NCBI GenBank assembly: GCA_041753035.1
Contig: JBGSVI010000091.1
Coordinates: 22,148 to 86,147 of the forward strand
Length of the DNA stretch: 64,000 bases
DNA from: Anaerolineales bacterium
GTDB taxonomy: Bacteria > Chloroflexota > Anaerolineae > Anaerolineales > Villigracilaceae
Reading direction: 5' to 3'
Below, piece after piece: positions 54,929 through 62,975 of the stretch (within the stretch, counting starts at the first letter, position 1; each line of letters opens with the position of its first letter). The notes beneath the pieces are model-generated. The model was not told where the DNA came from and ran no database searches. It saw only the letters and a program-made list of their open reading frames with translations. The position numbers and the translations under genes are program-made.

Positions 54929-56317
54929 TTGAGCACTCCCTACTGGCTCCAAGACGCCATCTTCTACCAGATCTTCCCCGACCGCTTCGCAAATGGAGAC
55001 CAGCAGAACGATCCCCCGAACGTACAGAAATGGGGTTCTCCGCCGACTTCCTGGGGATTCCAGGGTGGGGACCTGCGGGGAATCATCCAGCATTTTGATT
55101 ACCTGCTCGACCTGGGCATCAATGCCCTGTACCTGAACCCGATCTTTGCGGCCAGCACCACCCACCGGTATAACACCAGCGACTATTTTAAGATCGACCC
55201 AAAATTGGGTACGTTGGACGACTTCCATGCTCTCGTCAAAGTCGCCCATGCCAACCAGGTTCGCCTGGTACTGGACGGCGTGTTCAATCACTGTGGGCGA
55301 GGGTTCTTTGCCTTTAACGATGTGCTCGAGAACAGCGAACACTCCCCCTACAGGGATTGGTTCTATATCAAGCGCTTCCCAGTGGATGCCTATGGTGCTG
55401 GCGATCCACAAAACTATCTGGGCTGGTGGAATCACAAGGCCCTGCCCAAACTGAATACCAACAACCCTGAAGTACGCACATATATCTTCCAGGTCGCCCG
55501 CTACTGGCTTGAACAGGGGATCGATGGTTGGAGACTGGATGTGCCCAATGAGATCGACGATGATGGGTTCTGGGCGGAGTTCCGCAACGTGGTACGCGGT
55601 GTGAACCGGGACGCCTGCCTGATCGGTGAGATCTGGGATATCAACCCAAGATGGGCGAACGAGACGCATTTTGATGGTCTGATGAATTACCCGGTGCGGG
55701 ATGCTCTGCTGGCGCTGCTGCAGGGACACGAGAATACCCAGCGTTTCGGCGAGCGCGTCCAGGCGGTAATGCGTTCCTATGCGCATGATAACCTGTTTGC
55801 GATGTATGTCCCACTTGACAGCCATGATACCGAACGATTCAAAACCATGATGGGCGGCAATATTGAAAAATTAAAACTCGCCTTCCTGTTCCAGATGGCT
55901 TTCCCCGGAGCGCCAGCGCTATATTATGGCGACGAGATCGGACTGGAAGGAGGGAAAGACCCCGACAGCCGGCGCGCCTTCCCGTGGAAGGAAGCCAGTT
56001 GGAACCAGGAACTGCGCGCTTGGGTCAAGATGATCATCTCGCTGCGCAAGCGGGTCCCTTGCCTGCGGCGTGGCGACTTCCTGCCCCTCGAAATGGAAGA
56101 AGGAATTTACGCCTTTGCCCGCCTCCTGGGCGAGGACAAGGTGCTGGTCGTACTCAATGCAACCAGCCATGCTCGCAGGCTGGAGATCCCCTGCCAGGTG
56201 CTGGGGTGGGAAGACGGACGCCTCGTGCATGGACTGCTGGACTGGCAGAATCATGCAGTCAGCAGTGGGAAAGTTTCCATGACCTTGCTGGCGTGGCATG
56301 GGGCCTGGATCGGATGA
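54929..56317 (+). CDS. GH13 alpha-amylase-family glycoside hydrolase (neopullulanase/cyclomaltodextrinase-like catalytic core)
   Basis: Proposed TTG start at 54929, 8 nt after CAGGAG. Blocks DAIFYQIFPDRF, GGDLRGI...YL..LGINALYLNPIF, DGWRLDVPNE, GEIWD and LDSHDTERF. Confidence 0.85.
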   Translation: MSTPYWLQDAIFYQIFPDRFANGDQQNDPPNVQKWGSPPTSWGFQGGDLRGIIQHFDYLLDLGINALYLNPIFAASTTHRYNTSDYFKIDPKLGTLDDFHALVKVAHANQVRLVLDGVFNHCGRGFFAFNDVLENSEHSPYRDWFYIKRFPVDAYGAGDPQNYLGWWNHKALPKLNTNNPEVRTYIFQVARYWLEQGIDGWRLDVPNEIDDDGFWAEFRNVVRGVNRDACLIGEIWDINPRWANETHFDGLMNYPVRDALLALLQGHENTQRFGERVQAVMRSYAHDNLFAMYVPLDSHDTERFKTMMGGNIEKLKLAFLFQMAFPGAPALYYGDEIGLEGGKDPDSRRAFPWKEASWNQELRAWVKMIISLRKRVPCLRRGDFLPLEMEEGIYAFARLLGEDKVLVVLNATSHARRLEIPCQVLGWEDGRLVHGLLDWQNHAVSSGKVSMTLLAWHGAWIG

Positions 56318-56332
56318 GAGATAGCGGAACCC

Positions 56333-57124
56333 ATGAGCCTGTATGACCGGATCGAACTGCTGACACGCAAGAGGATCTTCTACCTACTGCTGATCCTCAT
56401 CCCGGTCAGCCTACCGCCTCTGACCGCCAGAGGGTTTGGTTACCTGTTCGAGCTTCAAGAATTCTCTTACCATGTAGCATATGCTCTGTTCGATTACAAG
56501 ATATTCTATGCGCATTGGATGCCAATCCTGCATGGACTCATCCTGGCGATGCTGTTACTGCTCCTGCTGTTCAAAAAACGTGCCGGGAGAGCCTTTGCCC
56601 TATTCGTGGCGGTCAATTTCGTCCTCTCAGTGTTCACGCAGGCAACCGTGGTTACCTATCGCTACGGACGAGTGGTGCTGACAGAGATCTTCCTGTGGTA
56701 TTCTGCAGTAATCGTGCTGTGGGTTTGGGAAGCCTTCATCCAAAAAACCGATTTCTCCTTCCGGGGAGGCCTGCGTCCTTGGTGGCTGCTGCCGTTGGCA
56801 GTGTTCGCCTTCTGGGATCCGGACCAGGCTTGGAATTTCTCGCCTTCCTTTTTTATTTATGGCTTTGCCCCGGTCGCCTTCTGCATGCTTACGCCCATCT
56901 ACCTGAGCGTGCTTGTATTCGCATTTCCCCGGGTCAACCTGCCCCTACTGCGTATCCAGAGTTTTACCGGTCTGATCGTTGGATGCATCTCGTTATTCAT
57001 TTCCCTGATCCAGACACCAGCAGACGGGGTCTATTGGATCCTGCTGCATGCCCCGCTGCTGATCATCTCGTTCTACGCCTTCCGCAAAGGACTGCACCTG
57101 CGCCCGGATGCACTGCCGGGGTAG
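56333..57124 (+). CDS. Hypothetical polytopic membrane protein
   Basis: 263 aa with ~8 hydrophobic helices. No family recognised. Confidence 0.5.
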   Translation: MSLYDRIELLTRKRIFYLLLILIPVSLPPLTARGFGYLFELQEFSYHVAYALFDYKIFYAHWMPILHGLILAMLLLLLLFKKRAGRAFALFVAVNFVLSVFTQATVVTYRYGRVVLTEIFLWYSAVIVLWVWEAFIQKTDFSFRGGLRPWWLLPLAVFAFWDPDQAWNFSPSFFIYGFAPVAFCMLTPIYLSVLVFAFPRVNLPLLRIQSFTGLIVGCISLFISLIQTPADGVYWILLHAPLLIISFYAFRKGLHLRPDALPG

Positions 57125-57185
57125 CAACAGGCTTGCGCAGTCCAAGCACAAACAGTACAATTCAGGTATTCAAAAGGAGACCAAA

Positions 57186-57827
57186 ATGAATGTAGGAAGA
57201 CGCATTACATCCCGCGTGATCACCGTAACCCCCGATCTACCCGTCACCGATGCCCTGGCCCTGATGCGCCGGGAGAAGATCCGCCACACCCCGGTTGTGG
57301 TGAAGAACAAGTTGGTAGGAATCGTCACAGAGAACGACCTGCTCAACGCCAACCCATCCAAGGCAACCAGCTTGAGCGTGTGGGAGATCAACTACCTGCT
57401 GAACAAGATCACCGTTGCAGACGTGATGACCAAGAAGGTCATCACCACCACGGAAGATACCCCCATCGAGGAAGCGGCGCGGATCATGGCAGATAAAAAG
57501 ATCAGCTGCCTGCCCGTGTTGCGTGATGGAGACATTGCCGGAATCATCACCGAGTCGGATCTACTGTGGTTGTTCACCGAACTGCTTGGCGCGCGCCACA
57601 AGGGCATCCGCATGACCGTCCAGGTGACCAACGAACCCGGTACCATCGCCAAGATAAGCCAGGCGATCTTCCAGGCAGGCGGAAATATTATCGCCTTTGG
57701 ATCTTTTGCCGGCGATACTATCTCCCAGGCCCTGTTCACGCTCAAAGTGGAAGGTGTGGAGACCAAGGCACTGAAGAAACTGATTGAACCCCTGGTCATC
57801 CGCGTGGTGGACATGCGCACCTTGTAA
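57186..57827 (+). CDS. CBS-pair plus ACT domain protein (AcuB-like)
   Basis: The ATG at 57186 follows AAGGAGA. Two CBS repeats (ITVTPD..., VITTTEDTPIEEAARIMADKKISCLPV) precede a C-terminal ACT-like segment. Confidence 0.8.
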   Translation: MNVGRRITSRVITVTPDLPVTDALALMRREKIRHTPVVVKNKLVGIVTENDLLNANPSKATSLSVWEINYLLNKITVADVMTKKVITTTEDTPIEEAARIMADKKISCLPVLRDGDIAGIITESDLLWLFTELLGARHKGIRMTVQVTNEPGTIAKISQAIFQAGGNIIAFGSFAGDTISQALFTLKVEGVETKALKKLIEPLVIRVVDMRTL

Positions 57828-57905
57828 AGCTTAAATATCTTTCTCTAGGGAATATCCTTTTTTTGTGAGGCTTCGCCCAGTGTGTTTCGCTCACCCTGGG
57901 CGAAG

Positions 57906-57914
57906 TGTTATAAG
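57906..57914 (+). promoter_or_regulatory. Extended -10-like element TGtTATAAG upstream of the ABC-2 operon
   Basis: The sequence is gaagTGTTATAAGatc, 36 nt upstream of the ATG at 57951. It lies immediately after a 10-bp inverted repeat. Confidence 0.35.
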
Positions 57915-57950
57915 ATCAATCCAAGAATAAGAACAAGTTGGAATTGGACC

Positions 57951-58940
57951 ATGCCTGCCATCCGGGTCACAAACCTTACCAAAACTTTCCGCACCAAGCA
58001 CAAAGCCGCAGGGCTGGCAGCCAGCCTGCGTTCCCTGGTACGACCACAATACAGCACGGTCGAAGCAGTGCGCAACCTTTCCTTCGAGATGGAAGCAGGT
58101 GAACTGCTGGGATTCATCGGCCCAAACGGGGCGGGGAAATCCACAACGATCAAGATCCTGACCGGCATCCTCTACCCCACCTCAGGAGAAGCGGAAGTAC
58201 TCGGTTTCATTCCCTGGAAACAACGCCGGAAACTGGCTTACCACATCGGGACGGTATTCGGACAGCGCCCACAACTATGGTATCACCTCCCCGCCATCGA
58301 TACGTTCACCCTATTCGGGAAGATCTATGAGCTGGAGGATCGGGAGGCAAAAAAACGCATCGGTAAACTGTCCGAAGCCTTTGAGATCCGGGACCTGCTG
58401 CAGATTCCGGTGCGGAAACTTTCACTGGGACAGCGAATGCGCTGTGAAGTGGCTGCCTCCCTATTGCACAAACCCAAGCTACTGCTGCTGGACGAACCGT
58501 CTATAGGGCTGGATGTGGTGGCCAAGCAGCATATCCGGGACGCGATACGTGAAATGGCAGTTCACGAAAACGTGGGAGTGTTGCTGACCTCGCATGATGC
58601 CGGGGACCTGGAAGCACTATGTAAACGCGTGATCATCATCAACCATGGACAGATCGTGTACCAGGACAAGGTGTCAACACTGAAGCGCTCACATCTGACC
58701 AGCAAACTGGTCGAAGTGCGTTACGCCGAGCAGGTGCCGGTGGATTTCCAGATCCCTGGCACAGAAACGGTCAAGGTGGCAAGAGAAAGATACGGGGTGA
58801 AACTGCGCTTCGAAACACGCCACACCGCGGTAGAACAAGTAATGGCAGCCTTATCAGCGGCAGGGACCCTGGTGGATATCACCATCTCTGATCCACCGCT
58901 CGAAGAAGTTATTGCCAGTATCTATCAAACCGCGAGTTGA
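57951..58940 (+). CDS. ABC transporter ATP-binding protein (ABC-2/exporter type)
   Basis: ATG at 57951. Walker A GPNGAGKST, the signature LSLGQRMRCE and Walker B LLLLDEPS. Confidence 0.9.
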   Translation: MPAIRVTNLTKTFRTKHKAAGLAASLRSLVRPQYSTVEAVRNLSFEMEAGELLGFIGPNGAGKSTTIKILTGILYPTSGEAEVLGFIPWKQRRKLAYHIGTVFGQRPQLWYHLPAIDTFTLFGKIYELEDREAKKRIGKLSEAFEIRDLLQIPVRKLSLGQRMRCEVAASLLHKPKLLLLDEPSIGLDVVAKQHIRDAIREMAVHENVGVLLTSHDAGDLEALCKRVIIINHGQIVYQDKVSTLKRSHLTSKLVEVRYAEQVPVDFQIPGTETVKVARERYGVKLRFETRHTAVEQVMAALSAAGTLVDITISDPPLEEVIASIYQTAS

Positions 58941-58976
58941 TATCACGTCGGGAACAAGAAAAATCATTGGTAGCGC

Positions 58977-59762
58977 ATGAAGAAATACCTGGCGATCTTC
59001 AAGATCAACCTGCTCAACAACCTGGCATATCCTGCAGAACTGATCACGCGGGCGCTGATGATCCTGATCTTCATGTGGATATTCTTCCAACTATGGGCAG
59101 TGGCGTTTTCCGAATCAGGCACCGGTTTCCTGAGCGGTCTCTCCCTGCGGGAGGCGATCTGGTACTTCCTGCTGGCAGAGACCCTCGAACTGGGACGTCC
59201 GCGGCTGGCCCGCCTGATCTCGGAACAGGTCAAGGATGGGTCCATCGCCTACCTGCTCAACAAGCCATATGATTTTTTGATCTATCAACTCTTCGCCGGG
59301 CTGGGAGAATCCCTGCCACGAATGGCCATGCTCTTCTTATTGGGCGGAGGGCTGGTGTGGGCAATGGCAGGACCGCCCCCGGGAATTTCAGGCTGGCCCC
59401 TGGCAGCCATCCTGCTGGCGGGAGCTTGGCTGCTGCATTTTTGTTTCAACGCGCTAATTGGGCTGGCTGCCTTTGTTTCCGAAGAAGTCGCTCCCTTTGA
59501 GTGGATCTATCAAAAATTCACCTTCGTGCTGGGGGGAATGCTCATTCCACTGGATTTTTACCCCGTTTGGCTTCAGTCAATCAGCAAAGCCCTACCCTTT
59601 GCGTACATGATGTATGCACCGGCGCGCATCTTTGTCAAACCCGAGTGGAGTCATTTCCTGCAACTACTTTCCAACCAGGCCGGGTGGCTTGTCCTGATGG
59701 GAGGACTCCTGATCCTGGCATATGCACGCGGCCTGAGAAGGTTGGCAATCAACGGCGGCTGA
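58977..59762 (+). CDS. ABC-2 family transporter permease (DUF990-like)
   Basis: 261 aa with 6 TM helices. It follows the ATPase gene. Confidence 0.7.
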   Translation: MKKYLAIFKINLLNNLAYPAELITRALMILIFMWIFFQLWAVAFSESGTGFLSGLSLREAIWYFLLAETLELGRPRLARLISEQVKDGSIAYLLNKPYDFLIYQLFAGLGESLPRMAMLFLLGGGLVWAMAGPPPGISGWPLAAILLAGAWLLHFCFNALIGLAAFVSEEVAPFEWIYQKFTFVLGGMLIPLDFYPVWLQSISKALPFAYMMYAPARIFVKPEWSHFLQLLSNQAGWLVLMGGLLILAYARGLRRLAINGG

Positions 59763-59765
59763 AGA

Positions 59766-60551
59766 ATGATGCGTGAACTAAGGTATCTTGTTTTCCTGTG
59801 GAAGATGAACCTCTCGGCAGCGATGGAATACCGCGCGGCCTTTCTCACGCAGAGCATCGGCATGATCGTGAACGACGGTATCTATTTCATTACTTGGATG
59901 ATCTTCTTCGACCGCTTTCCTTCCGTGCGTGGGTGGACGCTGACCGACATGTTCATCGCCTTTGGAATCTCTGCCTCGGCATTTGGGCTGGCAGGCATGC
60001 TCTTTGGGAATGCCTTCAACCTGGGAGAGATCATCGCCAAGGGACGGTTGGATTATTACCTCTCTCTGCCACGGCCGACCCTGCTGCATGTGCTCGCCAG
60101 CCGCATGGTACCCAGTGGAATGGGCGATTTCCTCTATGGTTTCATCAGTTACTTCGCTTCCGGACAGTTGAGCCTGGATGGGCTGGGGCGTTTTCTCGTG
60201 GGCATTCTGCTGGCAACCACGGTCTTCATCGCTTTCCTGGTGACGATCCAATCACTGGCATTCTGGCTGGGAACCGGCGGAACCTTCACAGCGCTGGCAG
60301 TCAATGCAATGATCACCTTCGCCCTTTACCCGATCACCATCTTCAACCAGGCAGCCAAAGTGGTGCTGTTCCTGGTCATCCCAGCCGCCTTCATGGGAGC
60401 GGTGCCTGCGGGGTTCGTGCAGCAATTCACCTGGTCAACCCTAGGATTGATGACACTGGGGGCGACTGGCTTCCTTTCGCTGGCAATCCTGGTGTTCCAC
60501 GCCGGGCTGCGCCGCTATGAAAGCGGCTCTGCGATCCAAGTGGAAGTGTGA
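59766..60551 (+). CDS. ABC-2 family transporter permease (DUF990-like), second subunit
   Basis: 261 aa with 6 TM helices. It starts 3 nt after the first permease gene. Confidence 0.7.
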   Translation: MMRELRYLVFLWKMNLSAAMEYRAAFLTQSIGMIVNDGIYFITWMIFFDRFPSVRGWTLTDMFIAFGISASAFGLAGMLFGNAFNLGEIIAKGRLDYYLSLPRPTLLHVLASRMVPSGMGDFLYGFISYFASGQLSLDGLGRFLVGILLATTVFIAFLVTIQSLAFWLGTGGTFTALAVNAMITFALYPITIFNQAAKVVLFLVIPAAFMGAVPAGFVQQFTWSTLGLMTLGATGFLSLAILVFHAGLRRYESGSAIQVEV

Positions 60552-60578
60552 TGACCGTAAAAATCCCCCGCAAGTACC

Positions 60579-60607
60579 TTGTCGTCCACCGGGCATAATG
60601 CTATAGT
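60579..60607 (+). promoter_or_regulatory. Sigma70-like promoter TTGTCG-17 nt-TATAGT
   Basis: TTGTCG at 60579-60584, a 17-nt spacer and TATAGT at 60602-60607. The gene starts at 60649 after AAGGAGG. Confidence 0.35.
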
Positions 60608-60648
60608 CACAATTATAAACACTCACCTTGCCATCCAAAGGAGGAACC

Positions 60649-61143
60649 ATGGCGAATCCTGAACGAGGCTTCTTGTTGCACCGCCTTGACACCACCCGCG
60701 AGAGCATTGAGCAGATCCTGCCGACAATCGACCCCGACCAGGAGATCTACCCTGGCTGGACGATCAAGGAAATGCTGGCGCACATGACCGGTTGGGATGA
60801 TGCGACCATCGACTCGTTGCGCGCCCATGTTGTTGGGAGACCGCCATCAGTGGATGCTATTCGAAGCCTGGACGAATACAATGAACGCACGGTGACCACC
60901 CGCCATGACCTGGAGTATGAGCAGGTGCTGCGGGAATGGCGGCTAACCCGACAGGTGCTGCGCACCCTGATCGAAAAGATCCCTGATGAAAAGTTCCTCG
61001 AACCGTTGATCGTGCCATGGGGTGAGAAAGCCACGCTTACCTTCCTGGTAGAGATGTTTCGGGAACATGAAGAAGAACATGCACAGGATATTCGCAAATG
61101 GATGGAAGATCCATCCCGCCCGCTAGGAAAAGGAGGTAACTAA
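60649..61143 (+). CDS. DinB-like (four-helix-bundle, metal-binding His) family protein
   Basis: 164 aa from the ATG at 60649. The pattern is W..KE.LAH..GW ... EHEEEH. Confidence 0.7.
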   Translation: MANPERGFLLHRLDTTRESIEQILPTIDPDQEIYPGWTIKEMLAHMTGWDDATIDSLRAHVVGRPPSVDAIRSLDEYNERTVTTRHDLEYEQVLREWRLTRQVLRTLIEKIPDEKFLEPLIVPWGEKATLTFLVEMFREHEEEHAQDIRKWMEDPSRPLGKGGN

Positions 61144-62348
61144 TGACCACAACTGTACGCTCACAGAAATTCGTCAGGGCAACCCTGGAACAGGTGTACC
61201 TTTCCTTCACCCGCTCGCTCCTGCTGCGCCAATGGCTGTGCGATTTTGCCACCGTGACACCGCGCCCGGGAGGGCGCATGTACCTGTGGTGGAACGGGGA
61301 TTTCTACTCCGCCGGAGAATACCTGGCACTTGAGGAGAATAAACTCGTTCAATTTTCCTGGCGATCCCGCTCGGAACCAGATGCCAGCACGGTACTAGTT
61401 ATATTGGAAGCGGTAAACGATGGCACACAGGTGACACTGGAGCACAGCGTCCCGGACGGAAAAGAGTGGGAAAAGCGCGCAGCTGGATTCAAGGCGGAAT
61501 GGGATGCCACCCTGCTCAACCTGGCCTCCGTGCTGGAAACGGGATTGGATAAGCGCATTTATGACCGCCCGATGCTGGGCATCCAGATCAGCGATTTTAG
61601 CGCGGAGATCGCCAAGGCATCCGGCATCCCAGTCAGCGAGGGCGTCCGCCTGGCTGAGGCTGCGGAAGGGATGGGCGCTCATGCAGCCGGCTTGCGGCAG
61701 GATGACGTCATCGTCAGCCTGGATGGAAAAACGATCAGCAATGATTTTGGCACCCTGGCACTGGCGCTGCAAGGCAAGAAGGGTGGAGACAAGGTGGATG
61801 TGGTTTTCTACCGCGGTGCGGAAAAACACGCGGTGCTGATGGAGCTCACCCGCCGCCCGCTGCCAAACATTCCCTGGGAGCCTAGTGAACTGGCGAGACA
61901 GGTGCGGGCGAAATACGATCAAGCCTTCACCGAGTTGGAAGCCGCCTTTTCGGGCGTCAGCGAGAATGAAGCAGGTCAATGCCCCGCACCAGGCGAATGG
62001 AACGCCAAGCAAACCCTGGCACACCTGATCCATACCGAAAGGAACTGGCTGGCAAACATCGACGACTTGCTCGGTGGATATGAACGCAATGCGGATGATT
62101 TTGGCGGTAATATTTCCGCCCATATCGATGCCACCGTGACTGCATTTAACGGTGCGTCCGGGATGATAAACGAGATGAAGCGCCTGGCAGATGAGGTGGT
62201 GGCATACCTGGAGAACTTACCTGCGGATTTCGTGCAGCGCAAGGGAGACTACCTGCATGTGGGCAGCGTGATGTTGAACGGGATGCTGCCGCACACGCAA
62301 TCGCATATTGAGCAGATCCGGGCTGCGATCGCGGCAGCGAAGAAGTGA
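61143..62348 (+). CDS. Three-domain protein: SRPBCC/AHSA1-like + PDZ + DinB-like
   Basis: 401 aa. The start overlaps the previous stop (TAATG) and AAGGAGG lies upstream. The N-terminal ~140 aa are SRPBCC-like. The middle is PDZ (GVRLAEAAEGMGAHAAGLRQDDVIVSLDG). The C-terminus is DinB-like (AKQTLAHLIHTE ... HTQSHIEQI). Confidence 0.7.
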   Translation: MTTTVRSQKFVRATLEQVYLSFTRSLLLRQWLCDFATVTPRPGGRMYLWWNGDFYSAGEYLALEENKLVQFSWRSRSEPDASTVLVILEAVNDGTQVTLEHSVPDGKEWEKRAAGFKAEWDATLLNLASVLETGLDKRIYDRPMLGIQISDFSAEIAKASGIPVSEGVRLAEAAEGMGAHAAGLRQDDVIVSLDGKTISNDFGTLALALQGKKGGDKVDVVFYRGAEKHAVLMELTRRPLPNIPWEPSELARQVRAKYDQAFTELEAAFSGVSENEAGQCPAPGEWNAKQTLAHLIHTERNWLANIDDLLGGYERNADDFGGNISAHIDATVTAFNGASGMINEMKRLADEVVAYLENLPADFVQRKGDYLHVGSVMLNGMLPHTQSHIEQIRAAIAAAKK

Positions 62349-62366
62349 TCGATCCACAACAAACGA

Positions 62367-62975
62367 ATGGCAGCTCTCATCACCGTTGTGGGTAATTCCG
62401 GGGTCGGCAAGTCCACGCTGACCCGCCTGCTGGCACAGAAAGCCGGGCTGATGACCGGACTGGAACAACACCAGGAGCGGCCTTTCCAAAAAGCATTCAA
62501 ACAAACAGCCCACCAAGCCCTGGCAAACCAGGTGGATTATTTCCTTTTACGCGCCGAACAGGAAGTTGTCATCCGGAATGGGACGCAAGCCGGGATCCTG
62601 GACGGAGGCCTGGAGATGGATTTCCATGTTTTCAGCCATCTCTTCCACCAGAAAGGATATCTTTCCGGGCAGGAACTGGACCTTTTGAGGCGGTTGTATG
62701 CCACCCTGCGCCAACACCTGCCTGACCCGGATGTCTATATCCACCTGACTGCCCGTGTTGAGACGATCGCCCGTCGTTTCCTGGAAAGAGACCGCGAACT
62801 GGAGATCGCTACGCTGGAAGACCTGCCCCTCCTGGAAGCGCTCCTGGAACGCTGGCTGGAAAACGTCCCGGAAAGAAAGGTCATTCGTGTGAAGGTCGAT
62901 GACGAGCCCGCCGATCACCGGTTAATCCTGCCCATTCTGATTGAGAAGATCAAACCATACCTGGAAGCCCGATGA
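62367..62975 (+). CDS. Deoxynucleoside kinase family protein
   Basis: 202 aa with the P-loop GNSGVGKST, the ERD/DR.. region (ARRFLERDRELE) and dNK-like length. Confidence 0.7.
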   Translation: MAALITVVGNSGVGKSTLTRLLAQKAGLMTGLEQHQERPFQKAFKQTAHQALANQVDYFLLRAEQEVVIRNGTQAGILDGGLEMDFHVFSHLFHQKGYLSGQELDLLRRLYATLRQHLPDPDVYIHLTARVETIARRFLERDRELEIATLEDLPLLEALLERWLENVPERKVIRVKVDDEPADHRLILPILIEKIKPYLEAR

